64,000 nt of DNA from Octopus vulgaris (GCA_951406725.2 OX597830.1:24242001-24306000), one strand, 5' to 3'; shown: positions 12,593 to 28,362, counted from the first letter of the stretch. Numbers and translations: made by a program. The notes: generated by a model not told the origin, from the sequence alone.

Positions 12593-12850
12593 AATCGACT
12601 TTATCCGTTTGTCTGTCCTTGTTTGTCCTCTCTGTGTTTAGCCCCTTGTAGGTAGTAAAGAAATAGGTATTTTGTCTGCCGCTACGTTCCGAGTTCAAAT
12701 TCCGCCGAGGTCGACTTTGCCGTTCATCCTTTCGGGTTCGATAAATTAAGTACCAGTTAAGCACTGGGGTCGATGTAATTGACTTAATCTCTTTGTCTGT
12801 CCTTGTTTGTCCCCTCTATGTTTAGCTCCTTGTGGGCAATAAAGAAAATA
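12593..12850 (+). mobile_element. SINE family C (tandem unit)
   Basis: gagttcaaattccgccgaggtcgactttgccgttcatcctttcgggttcgataaattaagtaccag. Confidence 0.8.
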
Positions 12851-13000
12851 AGAAGCTTGTTTCCCAACCACATGGTTCCGGGTTCAGTCCTACTGCACGT
12901 CACCTTGTGCAAGTGTATTCTGCTATCGTCTCGGGTCGACCAAAGCCTTGTGAGTTAATTTGGTAAACGGAAACTGAAAGAAGATCATCATGTATATACA

Positions 13001-13032
<32 letters not shown>

Positions 13033-13035
13033 CCT

Positions 13036-13089
<54 letters not shown>

Positions 13090-13348
13090 ACCAATGTATA
13101 TGTATATGTAAGTATATGTATATATTTTGTGTGTTTCTGTGTCTGTTTTTCTCCACACCATCACTTGACAACCGGTGTTGGTGTGTTTATGCCCCCCCCC
13201 CGCTGTAACTTAGCGGTTCGGCAAAAGAGACCGATAGAATAAGCACTAAGCTTACAAACAATAACTCCTGGTATTGATTTGTTCGATAGGCCGCAGTCAA
13301 GTGACTGAAACAAGTAACAGAATAAAAGATTAAAAGAATAAAAGAATA
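12851..13348 (+). mobile_element. SINE family B with internal microsatellites
   Basis: ccacatggttccgggttcagtcc...aacggaaactgaaagaag...cttagcggttcggcaaaagagaccgatagaataag...gactgaaacaagtaa. Confidence 0.8.
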
Positions 13349-13387
13349 CAAGTTTGATAATTCCTTTCCTCTGGATACTGGTTTCAC

Positions 13388-13436
<49 letters not shown>

Positions 13437-13461
13437 TACTTACATATACATATACATTGGT

Positions 13462-13498
<37 letters not shown>

Positions 13499-13549
13499 TC
13501 TGCCCTAGCATGATTATAATATTAATTTGAACGAAATGAACAGTAAATA

Positions 13550-13765
13550 AAGCCAGCTGAGACAACGGTTAGCACGCCTAACAAAATACTTAGCGGCGAT
13601 TCGTCCGTCTTCTATATATGCAAATTCCGCTATGGTGGACTTTGCTTTTCATACATTGGGATCGATAAAAGAAGTACCGGTTGAGCACTGAGATCGATGT
13701 AATCAACGTAACCCCCCTCCCATCCCTGAAAATTGCTGGGCCTGTGCCACATTTCGAAACCAATA
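13550..13765 (+). mobile_element. SINE family C, diverged
   Basis: gttagcacgcc...caaattccgc...ggactttgcttttcatac...gatcgataaaagaagtacc. Confidence 0.7.
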
Positions 13766-13967
13766 TTCAGTTGAAAATAGATACAAAACAGGCTGATCTA
13801 TTTACTGCTTACGATATTAGCTAACGATAGTTCCATATGCATACAGACATACATACGTGCATGCATACCACACATTGAGAAAGAGGGGGAAAGAGAGAGA
13901 TAGGGAGAAAGGAATGGAATATATAGTGCATATAGTAGTGTATGAAAGTGCGTGTGTACGTACGTAA

Positions 13968-14052
<85 letters not shown>

Positions 14053-14087
14053 AATATATATATATGTACATATATATACATATACGC

Positions 14088-14136
<49 letters not shown>

Positions 14137-14178
14137 CAATATTCATATATACATATATGCACATATTTATATATACAA

Positions 14179-14248
<70 letters not shown>

Positions 14249-14496
14249 TTATATAAACTAATTGGGAGAAATATAGTAAAAAGGGAAATGCGTGAGACTA
14301 TTACATGAATATGTACTTATATGCTCTGAATTCTACTACCATAAAAGAAATCTACTAGTTTTAGTATACACGTGTATTCACAAATGTATATTTGCGTGTT
14401 TAGTTGTGCATGCACGTACATATATATATATATATATATATATGCATATATATATATATTCATGTATATATATGCATATATATATGCATGCGTATA

Positions 14497-14566
<70 letters not shown>

Positions 14567-14962
14567 ATATATATTTTGGTTTCATTCAGCATTAGATATT
14601 TTAATGCACGCAATCCGGCATATTAAATTGAATGCCTGTTTACTTAGGAATGAATGTGTGTGAGTGTATATATGCAAATACATATGAGTATTATTATTAT
14701 CTATGTATATATATATATATATATATATACCTATATACACCCATCCGCACGCTTACACAGACACACAGACACACAAGCACACGCGCATACGCATATATAT
14801 ACATATACATATACATACATATGTATGCATACATAGAGATACTCATACCACCATATGATTCTATATACAAAAGCCGATAAAACATCTATAAACAAATTTA
14901 CAATTATACAATGTATGGTATATTTATATCTACATATTCTATCCTTTATGTACATAAATATA

Positions 14963-15085
<123 letters not shown>

Positions 15086-15214
15086 CCATATATGTATTTT
15101 CACAAATATATACTTGAATACATACATAAATATATAGATATATATACACATCGGCAATTCATATGCGCATCTTCACACCCACCTGTATATATACATATAC
15201 ACACATATATATAT

Positions 15215-15245
<31 letters not shown>

Positions 15246-15251
15246 TACATA

Positions 15252-15303
<52 letters not shown>

Positions 15304-15383
15304 TATCAGGAATAAAAAGTTTTGAATGGTACAACAATGCACTATATTACAAATCTATATCTATTTATCTATCTAGCTATCTA

Positions 15384-15457
<74 letters not shown>

Positions 15458-16570
15458 CATATGTATATATATACATATGTATATATATGTATGTATGTAT
15501 ATATATATATACATACATGTAAGCCACACTCAGATACGTACATATATATATATATATATGTGTGTGTGTACATATTGTTTTATCCATATGCTTTCTCCAT
15601 CACATGTTGCTAGTTGCGCTTTCTCGCCACCTCTCTTTATAGTTACCAACACAGAGTACCTCCCTTTGGGTCAGATTCTCTTTGAGTTACTGCCATGCCA
15701 ACATTGTCTAATCCCAAGAAACATATTTATCTAATTCTAAAGAATTGGCTTTTAATTAAGAAGTTACATCATGCCATATAATATTTTTCTAACTTTATAC
15801 CGATTTTTCAACCCGAAGTCGATCTATTTCAACCATTCAGCATCTATCTACCCGATGTGACTTTCTTCCTACTTATTGCTGTCTACGATGGTGGTGGTGG
15901 TGTTGATGGTGATGATGGAGGTCGTTGTGATGGTCGATTTGGTGATGATGGTGATGGTGGTGGTGATTGTGGAGGTGGTGACGCTGGAGGTTGTGGTGAT
16001 GGTGGTGGCGATTGTGGAAGTGGTGACGTTGGAGGTTGTGGTGATGGTGGTGGTGGCGGTGATGTTTGTGGTGGTGGTAGTGGTGGTGGTGATGATGATG
16101 AATGTAGTGACTGGTGTTCTTCGTGATGGTGGTGGTGATTATGGTAGTGGTGATGGTGATGGTGATCAAGGTGATATTGGTAACGGTGGTTTCGGTTGTC
16201 GTCTTCGTTTATTTCCGTCATTCGATGATGAGACATTACTTATTCGACCACATAAACCATCAGGTCCTGAATTAGTGTACAAGCGCTTGGCTGAATATTC
16301 CACAGAAATAAGTACACTTAGACACCAATCTCTCTATCCTGAAGTCGGATGCAGCATTTACCCAATGTTTATATGCATTCACTACTGTCTGCATATCATT
16401 GGCTTTATGTGAGTTACATCTGCCAACACTATAATGTAATTCCGTAATTCCGATCCCCTAGAAACAGATGTCGGGCTTGAAAATCCACATCTTCTCTTCC
16501 TTTATTTTTTTGTGTCTTTATACTCTATGTAAATCTGCTCTGTTGATATATTGATATCTATATGTTTATA

Positions 16571-16935
16571 AGGCGGCGAACTGGCAGAATGGTTAGCACG
16601 CCGGGCGAAATGCTTAGCGGTAATTCATCTGCCGCTACGTTCTGAATTCAAATTCCGTCGAGGTCAACTTTTCCTTTCATTCTTTCGGGGTCGATTAAAT
16701 AAGTACCAGTTACGCACTGGGGTCGATATAATCGACTTAATCTGTTTGTCTGTCCTTGTTTGTCCTCTCTGTGTTTAGCCCCTTGTGGTTAGTAAAGAAA
16801 TAGGTATTTCGTCTGTCTTCATGTTCTGAGTCCAAATTCTGCCGACGTCGACTTTGCTTTTCATCCTTTCGAGGTGGATAAATTAATTACTAGTTGAGTA
16901 CTGTGGTCGATCTAATCGACTGGCCCCGTCCCCCA
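16571..16935 (+). mobile_element. SINE family C, head plus two tandem body units
   Basis: aggcggcgaactggcagaatggttagcacgccgggcgaaatgcttagcgg; the ctttcatcctttcg..gtcgat domain occurs twice (about 16675 and 16858). Confidence 0.85.
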
Positions 16936-17412
16936 ATGCTCTTAGCTTAGTTTTTCCTTGGGACTGGCCACATTGAATCAATCTCGAGTATAACCAGACA
17001 AAATTGCAATGATAATCTGGAACTCGACTGAGAAAACGAAAAAACTTCGAATGACCTGTCCGTGTTTTTTCTTGTTCCTCTTTTGTATCATCTTTCTGGG
17101 TGTTTTGTTGTCCTTTTTTTATATCATCTAGCTGTCTGGATGAGTCAAAACTATTGAAAAGGTTGCAAGACGCAACGAAAAATTTAGAAAAATAAAAATA
17201 AGAAAAAAAGTGGAAATTTTATCGGTGAGTGTGTTATATTATAAGGCACAAAAAGAAAATGGCTCTCCCAAACACAACAGAATATGCTTCAACACACGAA
17301 CTCATATAAAAAATCTTGCAAACCAAATCCCAAAACGAAATATTTATATATATAAATAAATATATATATATATATGTATGTATGTATGTAAGTATGTATG
17401 TATGTATGTATG

Positions 17413-17458
<46 letters not shown>

Positions 17459-17484
17459 TATATATAGATATATAGATATATATG

Positions 17485-17543
<59 letters not shown>

Positions 17544-17599
17544 ATATATGTGTGTGTGTGTTTATATATAATATAAAGAATAAACGAATAAAAGAATAT

Positions 17600-18015
17600 A
17601 TATATTCTTTTATTCTTTTATTCTTTTACTTCTTTCAGTCATTTGTCTGCGGTCAAGCGAAATCAATTGATACCAGGATGTCTGTATTGTATTGTTCGTA
17701 TTTTGCAAGTAGGAGGACTGTTTCGGAGAAATATATTTGCTATATTCTCCGTGCGTGCTTAAATATAGAGATGCGTGGTTTTGGTGGGTTTTAACTCCTC
17801 TTTCAAGCAAATAGGTGCATATCATATCTTGACATATTATTATATATATATGATGGGCGTCTTTCAGTTTCCGTCTACCAAATTCACTCACAAGGATTTG
17901 ATCGAACCGAGGCTATAGCACAAACACTTGCCCCAAGTGCCACACTGTGTGACTAAACCCTGAACTATGCGTATGGGAATCAAGCTTCTTACCACACAGA
18001 CACGCCAGTACCTAT
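17600..18015 (-). mobile_element. SINE family B (interrupted)
   Basis: ttcagtcatttgtctgcgg at 17634 and tttcagtttccgtctaccaaattcactcacaagg...cttcttaccacacag at 17860-18000. Confidence 0.7.
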
Positions 18016-18018
18016 ACA

Positions 18019-18058
<40 letters not shown>

Positions 18059-18062
<4 letters not shown>

Positions 18063-18272
18063 GGGAAAGTTTACGAAAATGAACTAAAGACGAAGGCAGG
18101 TGGAGTACAAACAAACAGATGTATTAGTATAGCGCTCAGGAATAGAAAAAGTCTTTTACGTTTCGAGCCTACGCTCTTCGACAGAAAGATACACAAAAAA
18201 AAAAACAAGGAGAGAAACAAGGAGAGAGAAAAATGTGTGTAGGAGCTAACGATCTATCATGGCGTCCTGACT
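18059..18272 (-). mobile_element. Short hammerhead-bearing element, family B
   Basis: Minus strand 18152-18189 TCTTT-CTGTCGA-A-GAGCgtagGCTC-GAA-ACGT-A-AAAGA. Flanked by (TA)n. Confidence 0.75.
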
Positions 18273-18287
18273 ATATATATATATATA

Positions 18288-18500
18288 CAAAATGTGACCG
18301 CATGTGTACTGTTGGCGATTTTTTTCCTCCGTCTTCCCTTCTTTGGATCTTTCCTTTTCCTATGTTTCTGACGAAGAGCTCCGCTCGAAACGTTAAACCC
18401 TCCTTCTTTCCCTCTTTCCTGAGCGTCCAATAATACTATACTTGTTCCACGTCCTCGCGTTGTTGTGTTTTCTCTTTGTGTCTTCATGTTTGGATTAACT
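18288..18500 (+). mobile_element. Short hammerhead-bearing element, family A
   Basis: Homologous to 3150-3362 and 8605-8806. Flanked by (TA)n. Confidence 0.75.
18364..18398 (+). ncRNA. Minimal type-I hammerhead ribozyme motif (intact core)
   Basis: GTTT-CTGACGA-A-GAGCtccGCTC-GAA-ACGT-T-AAAC. All three stems form, with a GUU triplet. Confidence 0.75.
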
Positions 18501-20199
18501 ATATATATACATACATATATATACACACATATATTATGTATGTATGTATGCATACACGCACACATATATATTTATATATATTCACATATATATACATATA
18601 TACATGCATATATGCATATATGTGTGTGTGCGCGTTTGTGCGTGTGTGGAAGCATATGTTTACGTGCGACCTTACTGTATACGGTTGTTTTGTCATGGCA
18701 ACCCTAGGTGAGAACTAATGGAGCTGCCCGATGATCAAAGGTGTCCAAGCCTTGATCATTCTGTTTTTCTTGTTGTTGTTTTTTTTTTGTAAAAGTGTAA
18801 TGTAATTAGGACTACATTATTTAAGGCGTTTCTTTTCATGGGCGTTAAGTTGTGATTTCCTGAAGGTATGGCTGGTACGTCTAGCAGGTAGAACGACCAC
18901 CTGGAGATTCTCAGGTGGACCCGGTCACCCTGTGATGATGTAGTGACAGCTATAGCTGAACGACAGTGGTAGTAGTAATGGTAGAGGTGGTACTAGTGGT
19001 GGTGGTGGTGGTGGTGGTGGTGATGTTGAAAATAGCTAAAGTTGACTGGGAGTAGTGGTGGTGTAGCGAAGATGATGACGATGGTATTGTTGTTGTTGTT
19101 CTTTTTGTAGACGTCGTCGTGGTGAAAGGATGATGGTGGTGATGGTGATGATGGTGATGATAATATTGATAGTAGCTATAGCTGACTGGTAGTAGTGGTG
19201 GTAGTGGCGGTGATGATGATGGTAGTGATGGAGGTGGCGGGGCTGTGGTGGTGACGGTGTTAATGCTGACTGTAATAGTAGTAGTGGTAGTGATGGTGAT
19301 GGATGGTGATGGTGGTGGTGGTAGTAGTGGTGGTGTGGTGGTGGTGGTGATGGTGGTGGTGGTAGTAGTGGTGGTGACGTGGTTGTGACGTGGTTGTGAC
19401 GTGGTTGATGCTGACTAGTAGTGATAGTGGTGGTGGTGGTGGTGGTGGTGATGGTGGTGGTAGTGGTGGTGACGGTGATAATACTGTCTGTAGTAGCAGT
19501 AGTGGTGGTGGTGGTGGTGGTGATGGTCGTCGCCGTCGTCGTCGTCGTGGTGGTCATGGTCGTGGTGGTGGTGGTGGTGGTGGTGGTGGTAGATGCAGTC
19601 AACTCGCGGTAGTGATAGATAATTGTAGTCGTTTGATTGGTAAAGACAACTACAGTTATGCGACGATGGCGATGGTGGGGATGATACGGATGATGCTGAT
19701 GATGCTGATGATGCCGATAATGCCGGCAGTGGTGGTGGTGGTGGTGGTAGTGACAAGTCATGTGATGATGGTTCTAGGGGTGTAAGTAAGTACATATGAA
19801 TGTTTAATCGCAACTAATATCTCTGGTGCCGCACCAATGTCTGGTTAATGTACTGAATTCAACGTGTGTCACTTACTGCAAAGAAAAAGTAGGAATGGTG
19901 AGAGAGCAGGTAGGAGCAAATAGTTCTATGGTGGTGCACTGGACTGGAAAATGGGCAGTAATTCAGTAGAATACAGTTCCTTGATTGGATTATTTCAAAA
20001 GCCTCAACCAAAAAATTAAAACAATATAATAGAATAATAACTCTAAAGTCAATACATAATATAATAGAATGGTGCAATAATGCTAATGTTAATCTATAGT
20101 GTAATATAGTATAATATGATATTATATAATATAATATAATTAATATAATAGCAATCGTTTTTAATGCCGGCGTATAATGTCTCGGATTTCAAAACCACA

Positions 20200-20205
20200 A
20201 TGAAA

Positions 20206-20253
<48 letters not shown>

Positions 20254-20337
20254 GTAGTAGTAGTAGTAGTAGTAATAATAATAATAATAATAACAATAAT
20301 GATGATGATAACAGTAATAGTAGTAGTAGTATTAGTA

Positions 20338-20385
<48 letters not shown>

Positions 20386-20526
20386 GTAGTAGTAGTAGTA
20401 GTAATAATAATGATAATAATAATAATAATAATAATAATAATAGTAGTAGTAGTAGTAGTAATAATAATAATAATAATAATAACAATAATGATGATGATAA
20501 CAGTAATAGTAGTAGTAGTATTAGTA

Positions 20527-20562
<36 letters not shown>

Positions 20563-20591
20563 GCAATAATAACAATGATGATGATGATAGT

Positions 20592-20649
<58 letters not shown>

Positions 20650-20672
20650 CGATGATGACGATGATGATGATG

Positions 20673-20733
<61 letters not shown>

Positions 20734-20740
20734 TAATAAT
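20200..20740. repeat. Compound (AAT)n/(AGT)n/(GAT)n microsatellite, representative of dozens of (TA)n, (CA)n, (GATA)n, (TATG)n and trinucleotide tracts across the window
   Basis: Direct inspection. Confidence 0.97.
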
Positions 20741-21248
20741 AAGTGCTAACATGTAAATCACTCTCACAGCTAGCCAATAAATTGCTTTACAAGACGCCAC
20801 CGAAAACAACGGGATAATGACGACAACAATAACAATAACAACAACAATAACAACAACAACAACGACAACGACGACGATGAGTCAATAATAAGAATAGCAA
20901 CAATAGCTGCAACAGTAATGGCAACAACATCAGCAACAACATCAACGATAAATAACAACAACAGCAACATCACCAAGATAATGCTAATGACCTAAGTTTA
21001 AACATCAAGATGGCTGCCACGTTATCAATAATAACTGTAATTTTTTTTAATAGAAATAACGACGGTAAGGTATCTAATCTAGTCTTAATGTTTAAAATGT
21101 AAATTAACGTTTCATTGGCTTACTCACGCTCCTCCTCCTCCTCCTCCTTGTTGTTGTTGTTGTTCTTCTTCTTCTTCTTCTTCTTCTTCTTCATCATCAT
21201 CATCATCTTCTTCTTCTTCTTCTTCTTCTTCTTCTTCTTCTTCTTCTT

Positions 21249-21279
<31 letters not shown>

Positions 21280-21426
21280 AAAATTCTGTTTACTACTGTA
21301 TTCTAAGTTCACAGTTGACAGACTTAGTGACTGCATTGAAACTATATATAAAGGTCGATGGGTTGACGAGAAACAAAAGCCAAACTTCTGGAGCTGCCGT
21401 TATTATTGTATAAGCTTTGCGGTATT

Positions 21427-21745
21427 TGTGGAGGCACAATGACCCAGAGGTTAGGGCAGCGGAGTCGAAGTCGGAGGATTGCGGTTTCGATTCCCAGATC
21501 GGGCGGTGTGTGTTTATCGAGCGAAAATACCTAAAAGCTCCACGATGCTCCGGCAGGGGGTGGTGGTGACCCCTGTTGTACTCTTTCGCCACAACTTTCT
21601 CTCACTCTCCCTTCCTGTTTCTTGAGTAACGCTGCGGTGGACTGGCGTCCCGTCCAGCTGGGGGGAACACATACGCCATAGAAACCGGGAAACCGGGCCC
21701 ATGAGCCTGGCTCGGCTTGAAAAGGGCGCATAAAAAAAAAAAAAA
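21427..21745 (+). mobile_element. tRNA-derived SINE family A, full length, V-domain-like 3' part and poly(A) tail
   Basis: gtggaggcacaatgacccagaggttagggcagcgg...gcggtttcgattcccag head; gcggtggactggcgtcccgtccag...gaaaccggg; poly(A) tail at 21732-21744. Confidence 0.85.
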
Positions 21746-21934
21746 TTGCGGTATTTATGCAGTTACATGCCTTTGCATTGTTGGTTCAAATCTCGCGAAC
21801 TGTTTTCATTATTGTTGCTTAGCTTCAGATCCATCGAGTTGTTTTTATTTTGTTGCTATTGTTCTTTCGACACATGTCGATCCCTGGTTGAGTAAACCAA
21901 TATGACGAAAGATATCCCATCATTTTGTGTTCCT

Positions 21935-22256
21935 ACACTTTCAAACTTCGGACACTGGTAGAATGCGTCATATAAAACATCTTTTACTCTTAGTGTTGTT
22001 GATAAAAGTTTATATTTTAGTTATATAGCCGATAGTTGATCTTGACAAACAACAGCAGTAATTTTATTCAGCTGCATACACGTCATTGATTGGTTTAAAT
22101 TACCGAAATGCGACTACTTTAACACGAAATAACTTTGAAAATATAAACTTTTCTCAACAACAATGAGAGTAAAAGATGTTTTATATGACACATTCTACCA
22201 GCGTCTGAAGTTTGAAAGTGTTTAGTTACAAAAAATTAATTTCTCGATCTGCCCTT
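21935..22256. mobile_element. MITE / foldback DNA element with about 84-bp inverted arms
   Basis: acactttcaaacttcggacactggtagaatg...aaaagtttatatttt (21935-22018) is inverted at 22138-22221. Confidence 0.8.
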
Positions 22257-22716
22257 CAAAGAGAAATGATCCAACACTCCTGAGATTCTGTTCATTAAAT
22301 CAACATACTCTTAATTTTCTTTTAATTTTGGACTCTAACAGTAAGAGCCATGTCTTTTGAATGGCAGTTAATCATTTGGTAGTACACCGCTTCTAAATGC
22401 ATTTCGGATCGGCATCAATAAATTCTTACTTTAAATACAAACCTTTGACTCTGCAACACTGTATATAAATCCACTACTGGGAATGACCAAGTTTAAAAAT
22501 CTGTTGGATCTCACTCATAAGGGAATCTTACATTGCTTATAAACACTATATTTGGATGGACTCATTTAAAACTCTGTTGGACTTTTGGACTTTACTCATA
22601 GGATATTGGAATATTGCATGTATACCATTATGCCTAAAAAATGGATTTATAACTTCAATACCTATACATATCTTGCATTTATTTTCTTCCTCCACCTCAC
22701 TCTCTATTTTGTATCT

Positions 22717-23089
22717 GGATGGAAGCACTCCGTCGGTTACGACGACGAGGTTTCCGGTTGATCCGAATCAACGGAACAGCCTGCTCGTGAAATTAACGCG
22801 TAAGTGGCTGAGCACTCCACAGACACGTGCACCCTTAACGTAGTTCTCGGGGATATTCAGCGTGACACAGAGAGTGAGAAGGCCGGCCCTTTGAAATACA
22901 GGTACAACAGAAACAGGAAGTAAGAGTGAGAGAAAGTTGTGGTGAAAGAGTACAGCAGGGATCACCACCATCCCCTGCCGGAATGTCGTGGAGCTTTAGG
23001 TGTTTTCGCTCAATAAACACTCACAACGCCCGGTCTGTGAATCGAAACCGCGATCCTATGCCCTATCCACTGGGCCATTGCGCCTCCAC
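22717..23089 (-). mobile_element. tRNA-derived SINE family A, full length, with target-site duplication
   Basis: Head at about 23089 and tail gcactccgtcggttacgacgacgag. TSD tattttgtatc on both sides (about 22705 and 23090). Confidence 0.9.
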
Positions 23090-23139
23090 TATTTTGTATC
23101 ACATCTAAACTAACTATAACTTAACTATCCTCTCACACC

Positions 23140-23191
23140 GTCTCCGATGAAGGGATATTAGTAATAAATATCCTAGAAACAGCTGTAAGAC
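23140..23191 (+). ncRNA. Type-I hammerhead-like motif (Penelope pLTR-like)
   Basis: GTCT-CCGATGA-A-GGGATATTagtaataAATATCCT-A-GAA-ACAGCTGT-A-AGAC. Palindromic stem III, GUA site, U4 changed to C. Confidence 0.65.
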
Positions 23192-23792
23192 CTTCTACCT
23201 ATAAATGCTCTAATATCTACACAGCTTTGGTTTTTTTTATCTTATTACGCAAAACAGTCTTATATAAATTCATACAACGCAATTTTTTTATACACCATTA
23301 CTTGTCTAGTCACGTTTTAGTCCTTTGTCGGTATATCCTCGGACATAGTTGATTCGTTTTTTTAAATAACATTGGTTGTATTTTCTTTCTTTTCACTTTG
23401 CTTTTCCATATACTGAAAGTTGAAATCGTTTTGTAGGATCCGTTTTGTTGTTTGTCTTCATAATTTCGTCTTGCTTTTGTTTCTTCAAATGTACATTTGT
23501 TCTTTATGTCTGGTATTTAAACAATATATTTCTTCTGTTAAAATCGCATATAATATAATAAGTATTCGTTATCGTACTGGAATCGTTTTGTTTTGATTGT
23601 ACTTAAGTACAAGCTAATTCTAATCAGTTCTGTTTGTCTCACAAGCTCAACACATTTACATACACATTATGTTGTACATATTACTACAACACGGTATTTT
23701 GTGAGTATTAATCACGTGTATTAGAAAGAATAAACTGAACATATAACAGCCTTTTCCGCCTACGTACGCACACAGGCATGCGTAAACACACA

Positions 23793-23842
<50 letters not shown>

Positions 23843-23980
23843 CACGCACACGCACACACACATGTGTGTATATGTATATGTTAATTTGGTTTTAGTTTCG
23901 GTGATATTATCAGATTTATTTTAGACTACTCTAAGCTATATTTCCCACATCTATGTTGTTATTCAGTCAAAGCGATCATC

Positions 23981-24026
<46 letters not shown>

Positions 24027-24104
24027 ACATCATCATCATCAGCATCATAACCATCAACATCAGTAGTAGCAGAAATAGCATTAATGTTAGTATTATTATG
24101 TGGC

Positions 24105-24145
<41 letters not shown>

Positions 24146-24168
24146 TAGATAGATAGATAGATAAATAA

Positions 24169-24220
<52 letters not shown>

Positions 24221-24224
24221 ATAA

Positions 24225-24276
<52 letters not shown>

Positions 24277-24324
24277 ATAGACCTATAGATAGATAAATAG
24301 GTAGATAAATAGATAGATAGATAT

Positions 24325-25610
24325 GTTTCTTTATTAGCCACACAGGGCTGCACACAGACAGGACAAATTACAAGGTAGAGCTTTTCTTTTGGAGATAAAA
24401 AAGGGGGTTTGGTTTTCGATCAAAAGGGATCGTAAAAGGAAAGAAAGAGGATAAAAAAAGGAGGGGATAAAAAAAGGGAAAAGGAAAAAAAACGATCAAT
24501 AGGGATCGTTATCACAGAAATGTCAATATAAAGTGTAAAGGGAGGACAGGTGAGGTTTACCCGTGGAAAGAAAAGCCTACGGAAAAGACCACGTTAACCT
24601 CGGCCAATGAAGTCACATGTTATATTCTTTTGTTTTTCTTCTTTTTTTTAGAAATAAGCAAATCTGTATTAATTTTTACGGTTCATAGGATCATAGTCAA
24701 GGTGGCTTCGTCATTCATACGTTCCATCCTTGCTACATTCACCCATCTTTTTTTAAAACATTCACTAGACAACACTTGCCTCTCTACTCTCACTTTCCTC
24801 TTCAAGTGATACTTGAAGAAGTTGATGAGAGATTGACCAGAGAGGAAAGTGTTTGTCTCTAATCCTTTCAGGCGCGTCCACCAGATACATTCTTTCGCCA
24901 TAGCCACAAGTATGATAAGAATAGCTCTTCCTTCCCGTTTGAAGGAAGGAGGCGTGACGATATTAACGATAGACTCGGCTGATAAACCGACACGTCCCAC
25001 ACGTGACAGCAGTCGTTCGACATAAGCCCACAGGTCGGAGATTGTTGGACAGTGCACGATTGCGTGCAGAACGGTTTCGTCGCTCTGCCCGCATCTCGGG
25101 CAGGTCGGCCCCGTGTTTCTCGAGCCATGCCTATAGAGCTTATCCCGAACGGGTAGCGCTTCTCGGTAGCACTGCCAGGCCAGGGATCTCTGGAAGTTGT
25201 CCATAGGTCCCGGCCCGAAAGTTGTTTCAAACAGGTGGGTCAGGTATTCCTCGTCGACGCCCAGGTTTGCCCCAAGATCGTTGTCGTACCTCCCCTCCAC
25301 TAATCTCCTATAGAATGCTTTGGTTGTGTTGAAGTCACTCAAGGTCGACCCGGGACGGCAGAGTTGCTTGAGAGCAAAGCGAAACTCGCGGTGCCATTCG
25401 CCCTTCCTCGGCCTCTTTTTGATCCACGACAGCAGTTCGGTCATGAAGACGAGCTGCGGGAACGCATGCCTCACAAAGGGCGACCACACCTGCTCACCGT
25501 CGTCTACATAGAGCCGGAGATGTCGCAGTCTCAGCGCGTGTCTGCGCATCATCAACCACGGCATGCGCAGCCCTCCTTTTAACGGGTGTTGACAGCAAAT
25601 GGATCGCCTA
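24325..25610 (-). mobile_element. 5'-truncated Tx1/L1-clade non-LTR retrotransposon inserted in (GATA/GACA)n
   Basis: ORF2 C-terminus, about 360-nt 3' UTR, AATAAA at 24330-24335 on the minus strand running directly into (TATC)n. Confidence 0.88.
24683..25609 (-). CDS. Tx1/L1 ORF2 C-terminal region (post-RT plus zf-RVT zinc knuckle), 5'-truncated
   Basis: [11 protein letters not shown]...[12 protein letters not shown]...[25 protein letters not shown]...AKECIWWTR; about 300 codons with no stop. The N-terminal SIYL repeats in the ORF track are microsatellite. Confidence 0.85.
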   Translation of the reverse strand, partial: RRSICCQHPLKGGLRMPWLMMRRHALRLRHLRLYVDDGEQVWSPFVRHAFPQLVFMTELLSWIKKRPRKGEWHREFRFALKQLCRPGSTLSDFNTTKAFYRRLVEGRYDNDLGANLGVDEEYLTHLFETTFGPGPMDNFQRSLAWQCYREALPVRDKLYRHGSRNTGPTCPRCGQSDETVLHAIVHCPTISDLWAYVERLLSRVGRVGLSAESIVNIVTPPSFKREGRAILIILVAMAKECIWWTRLKGLETNTFLSGQSLINFFKYHLKRKVRVERQVLSSECFKKRWVNVARMERMNDEATLTMIL

Positions 25611-25629
25611 GACAGACAGACAGACAGAC

Positions 25630-25720
<91 letters not shown>

Positions 25721-25735
25721 CATATAGATAGATAA

Positions 25736-25838
<103 letters not shown>

Positions 25839-26106
25839 GAGGAGGCACTTGGGAATGCTTATATAAAATTTAACAGCAAAAACTAATGTTTATATTCGAA
25901 ATTTTTCTTAAGAGAAACTTTAAGAACGGTGATTCATCATTGTCTTTAGATTTTGAAATAAACTTGGTTTTGAAAGAAGTGGTAAGCTAATGTCATTGAA
26001 TATCGTGCTGAGAAAAATATGTATGTGCGTCTGATTACATACATCCTTATATATATATATACATACACATACACACACACACATATATATATATATACAT
26101 ATACAT

Positions 26107-26181
<75 letters not shown>

Positions 26182-26240
26182 TACATACATAAATACATAA
26201 ATACTTACGTACATATATATATGTATATTTACATATATAC

Positions 26241-26302
<62 letters not shown>

Positions 26303-26527
26303 ACATATACATATATATATATATATATATATTTATATGCATGTATACTGATGTCATATATATGCTTGTGTGCATATATAATTATATAATTATACATACA
26401 TACGGAAGCACAGAAAGAGAGGGAGGACGAGAGTTGCGAACCAAACAAGAAGTTATGTTACAGACAGAATTGTCAAAAAGTAATATACGAAATAGTATCA
26501 TCATCATCATCATCATCATCATTATTA

Positions 26528-26634
<107 letters not shown>

Positions 26635-26678
26635 TTTATTATTTTTATTATTATTATTAAATATTATTATTATTATCA

Positions 26679-27403
<725 letters not shown>

Positions 27404-27506
27404 CATCATTATCATTATCATCATCATCATCATCATCATTATTATATTGTTATTGTTATTGCTGTTGTTGTTGTTGTTGTTGATATTATTATTATTATCA
27501 TTATCA

Positions 27507-27606
<100 letters not shown>

Positions 27607-27620
27607 CATCATCATCATTA

Positions 27621-28162
27621 TTGAGTGAGAGAGTAGCGCATGCCATCAAAGTAACACTGGGGTAAAAATATACGAAACCCAATATACCCATAATGAGTAC
27701 ACGCCTGATTAAGGTACACCAAGCACATGCACCACAATCATATGTGTGCAACATGGTGATCTTATATCAAGATAAACAGTGCAGACCTTGCAGGTGGGTC
27801 CCAGTTACAATTTCCTTCAGGTTGAGTATCCCATCCCGTAAAGGTACTTGGATATTGTGTATAAGGGTGATGAACAAAATACCCATATTTTCAGAGGTGA
27901 ATTATTCAACCCCATCAAAATCCCTCTCAACACATAGGTATGATGCTCCACCACTACTTTTGCTCAGGATCAGAAATGCACATATCTTCAGCACTTAAAG
28001 GTCATACTCAACTGGTTATGGTCAAGCAACTGACAAGTAAATCTGTAGTATTGAGCAGAATAATGGCTGTAGCCCACATTTTATACCAAGGCAAAACAAT
28101 GTACATGATAACACTTCCAACCAGTAAAGATCAAATGCCATGAAAGCCACTATCTGGCACTG
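27621..28162 (-). mobile_element. About 530-bp (TAA)n-associated retroposon, copy 2
   Basis: ttgagtgagagagtagcgcatgccatcaaagtaacactggggtaaaa...gccatgaaagccactatctggcactg. Confidence 0.75.
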
Positions 28163-28362
28163 GCGGAGCCGTTAGTGTGCGGGGTGAGATGCTTAGCGGT
28201 GTTCCGTCGGTCCTCACGCTCTGAGTTCAAATTCCGCCCAGGTCGCCTTTACCTCTCATCATTTCGGGGTCGATAAATTAAGTACCAGTGAAATGCTGCG
28301 TCGATGTAATCAGCTCATCGCTTCCCCCAAAATGGCTGCCTTTGTGGCAAAATTTGAAACCA
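28162..28362 (+). mobile_element. SINE family C
   Basis: atgcttagcgg...ctgagttcaaattccgcc...tttcggggtcgataaattaagtaccagt. Confidence 0.8.

Noticed and set aside
21427-21505. tRNA gene
   Set aside because: It is a SINE head continuing into a SINE body and has no complete cloverleaf. The same applies to the other copies.
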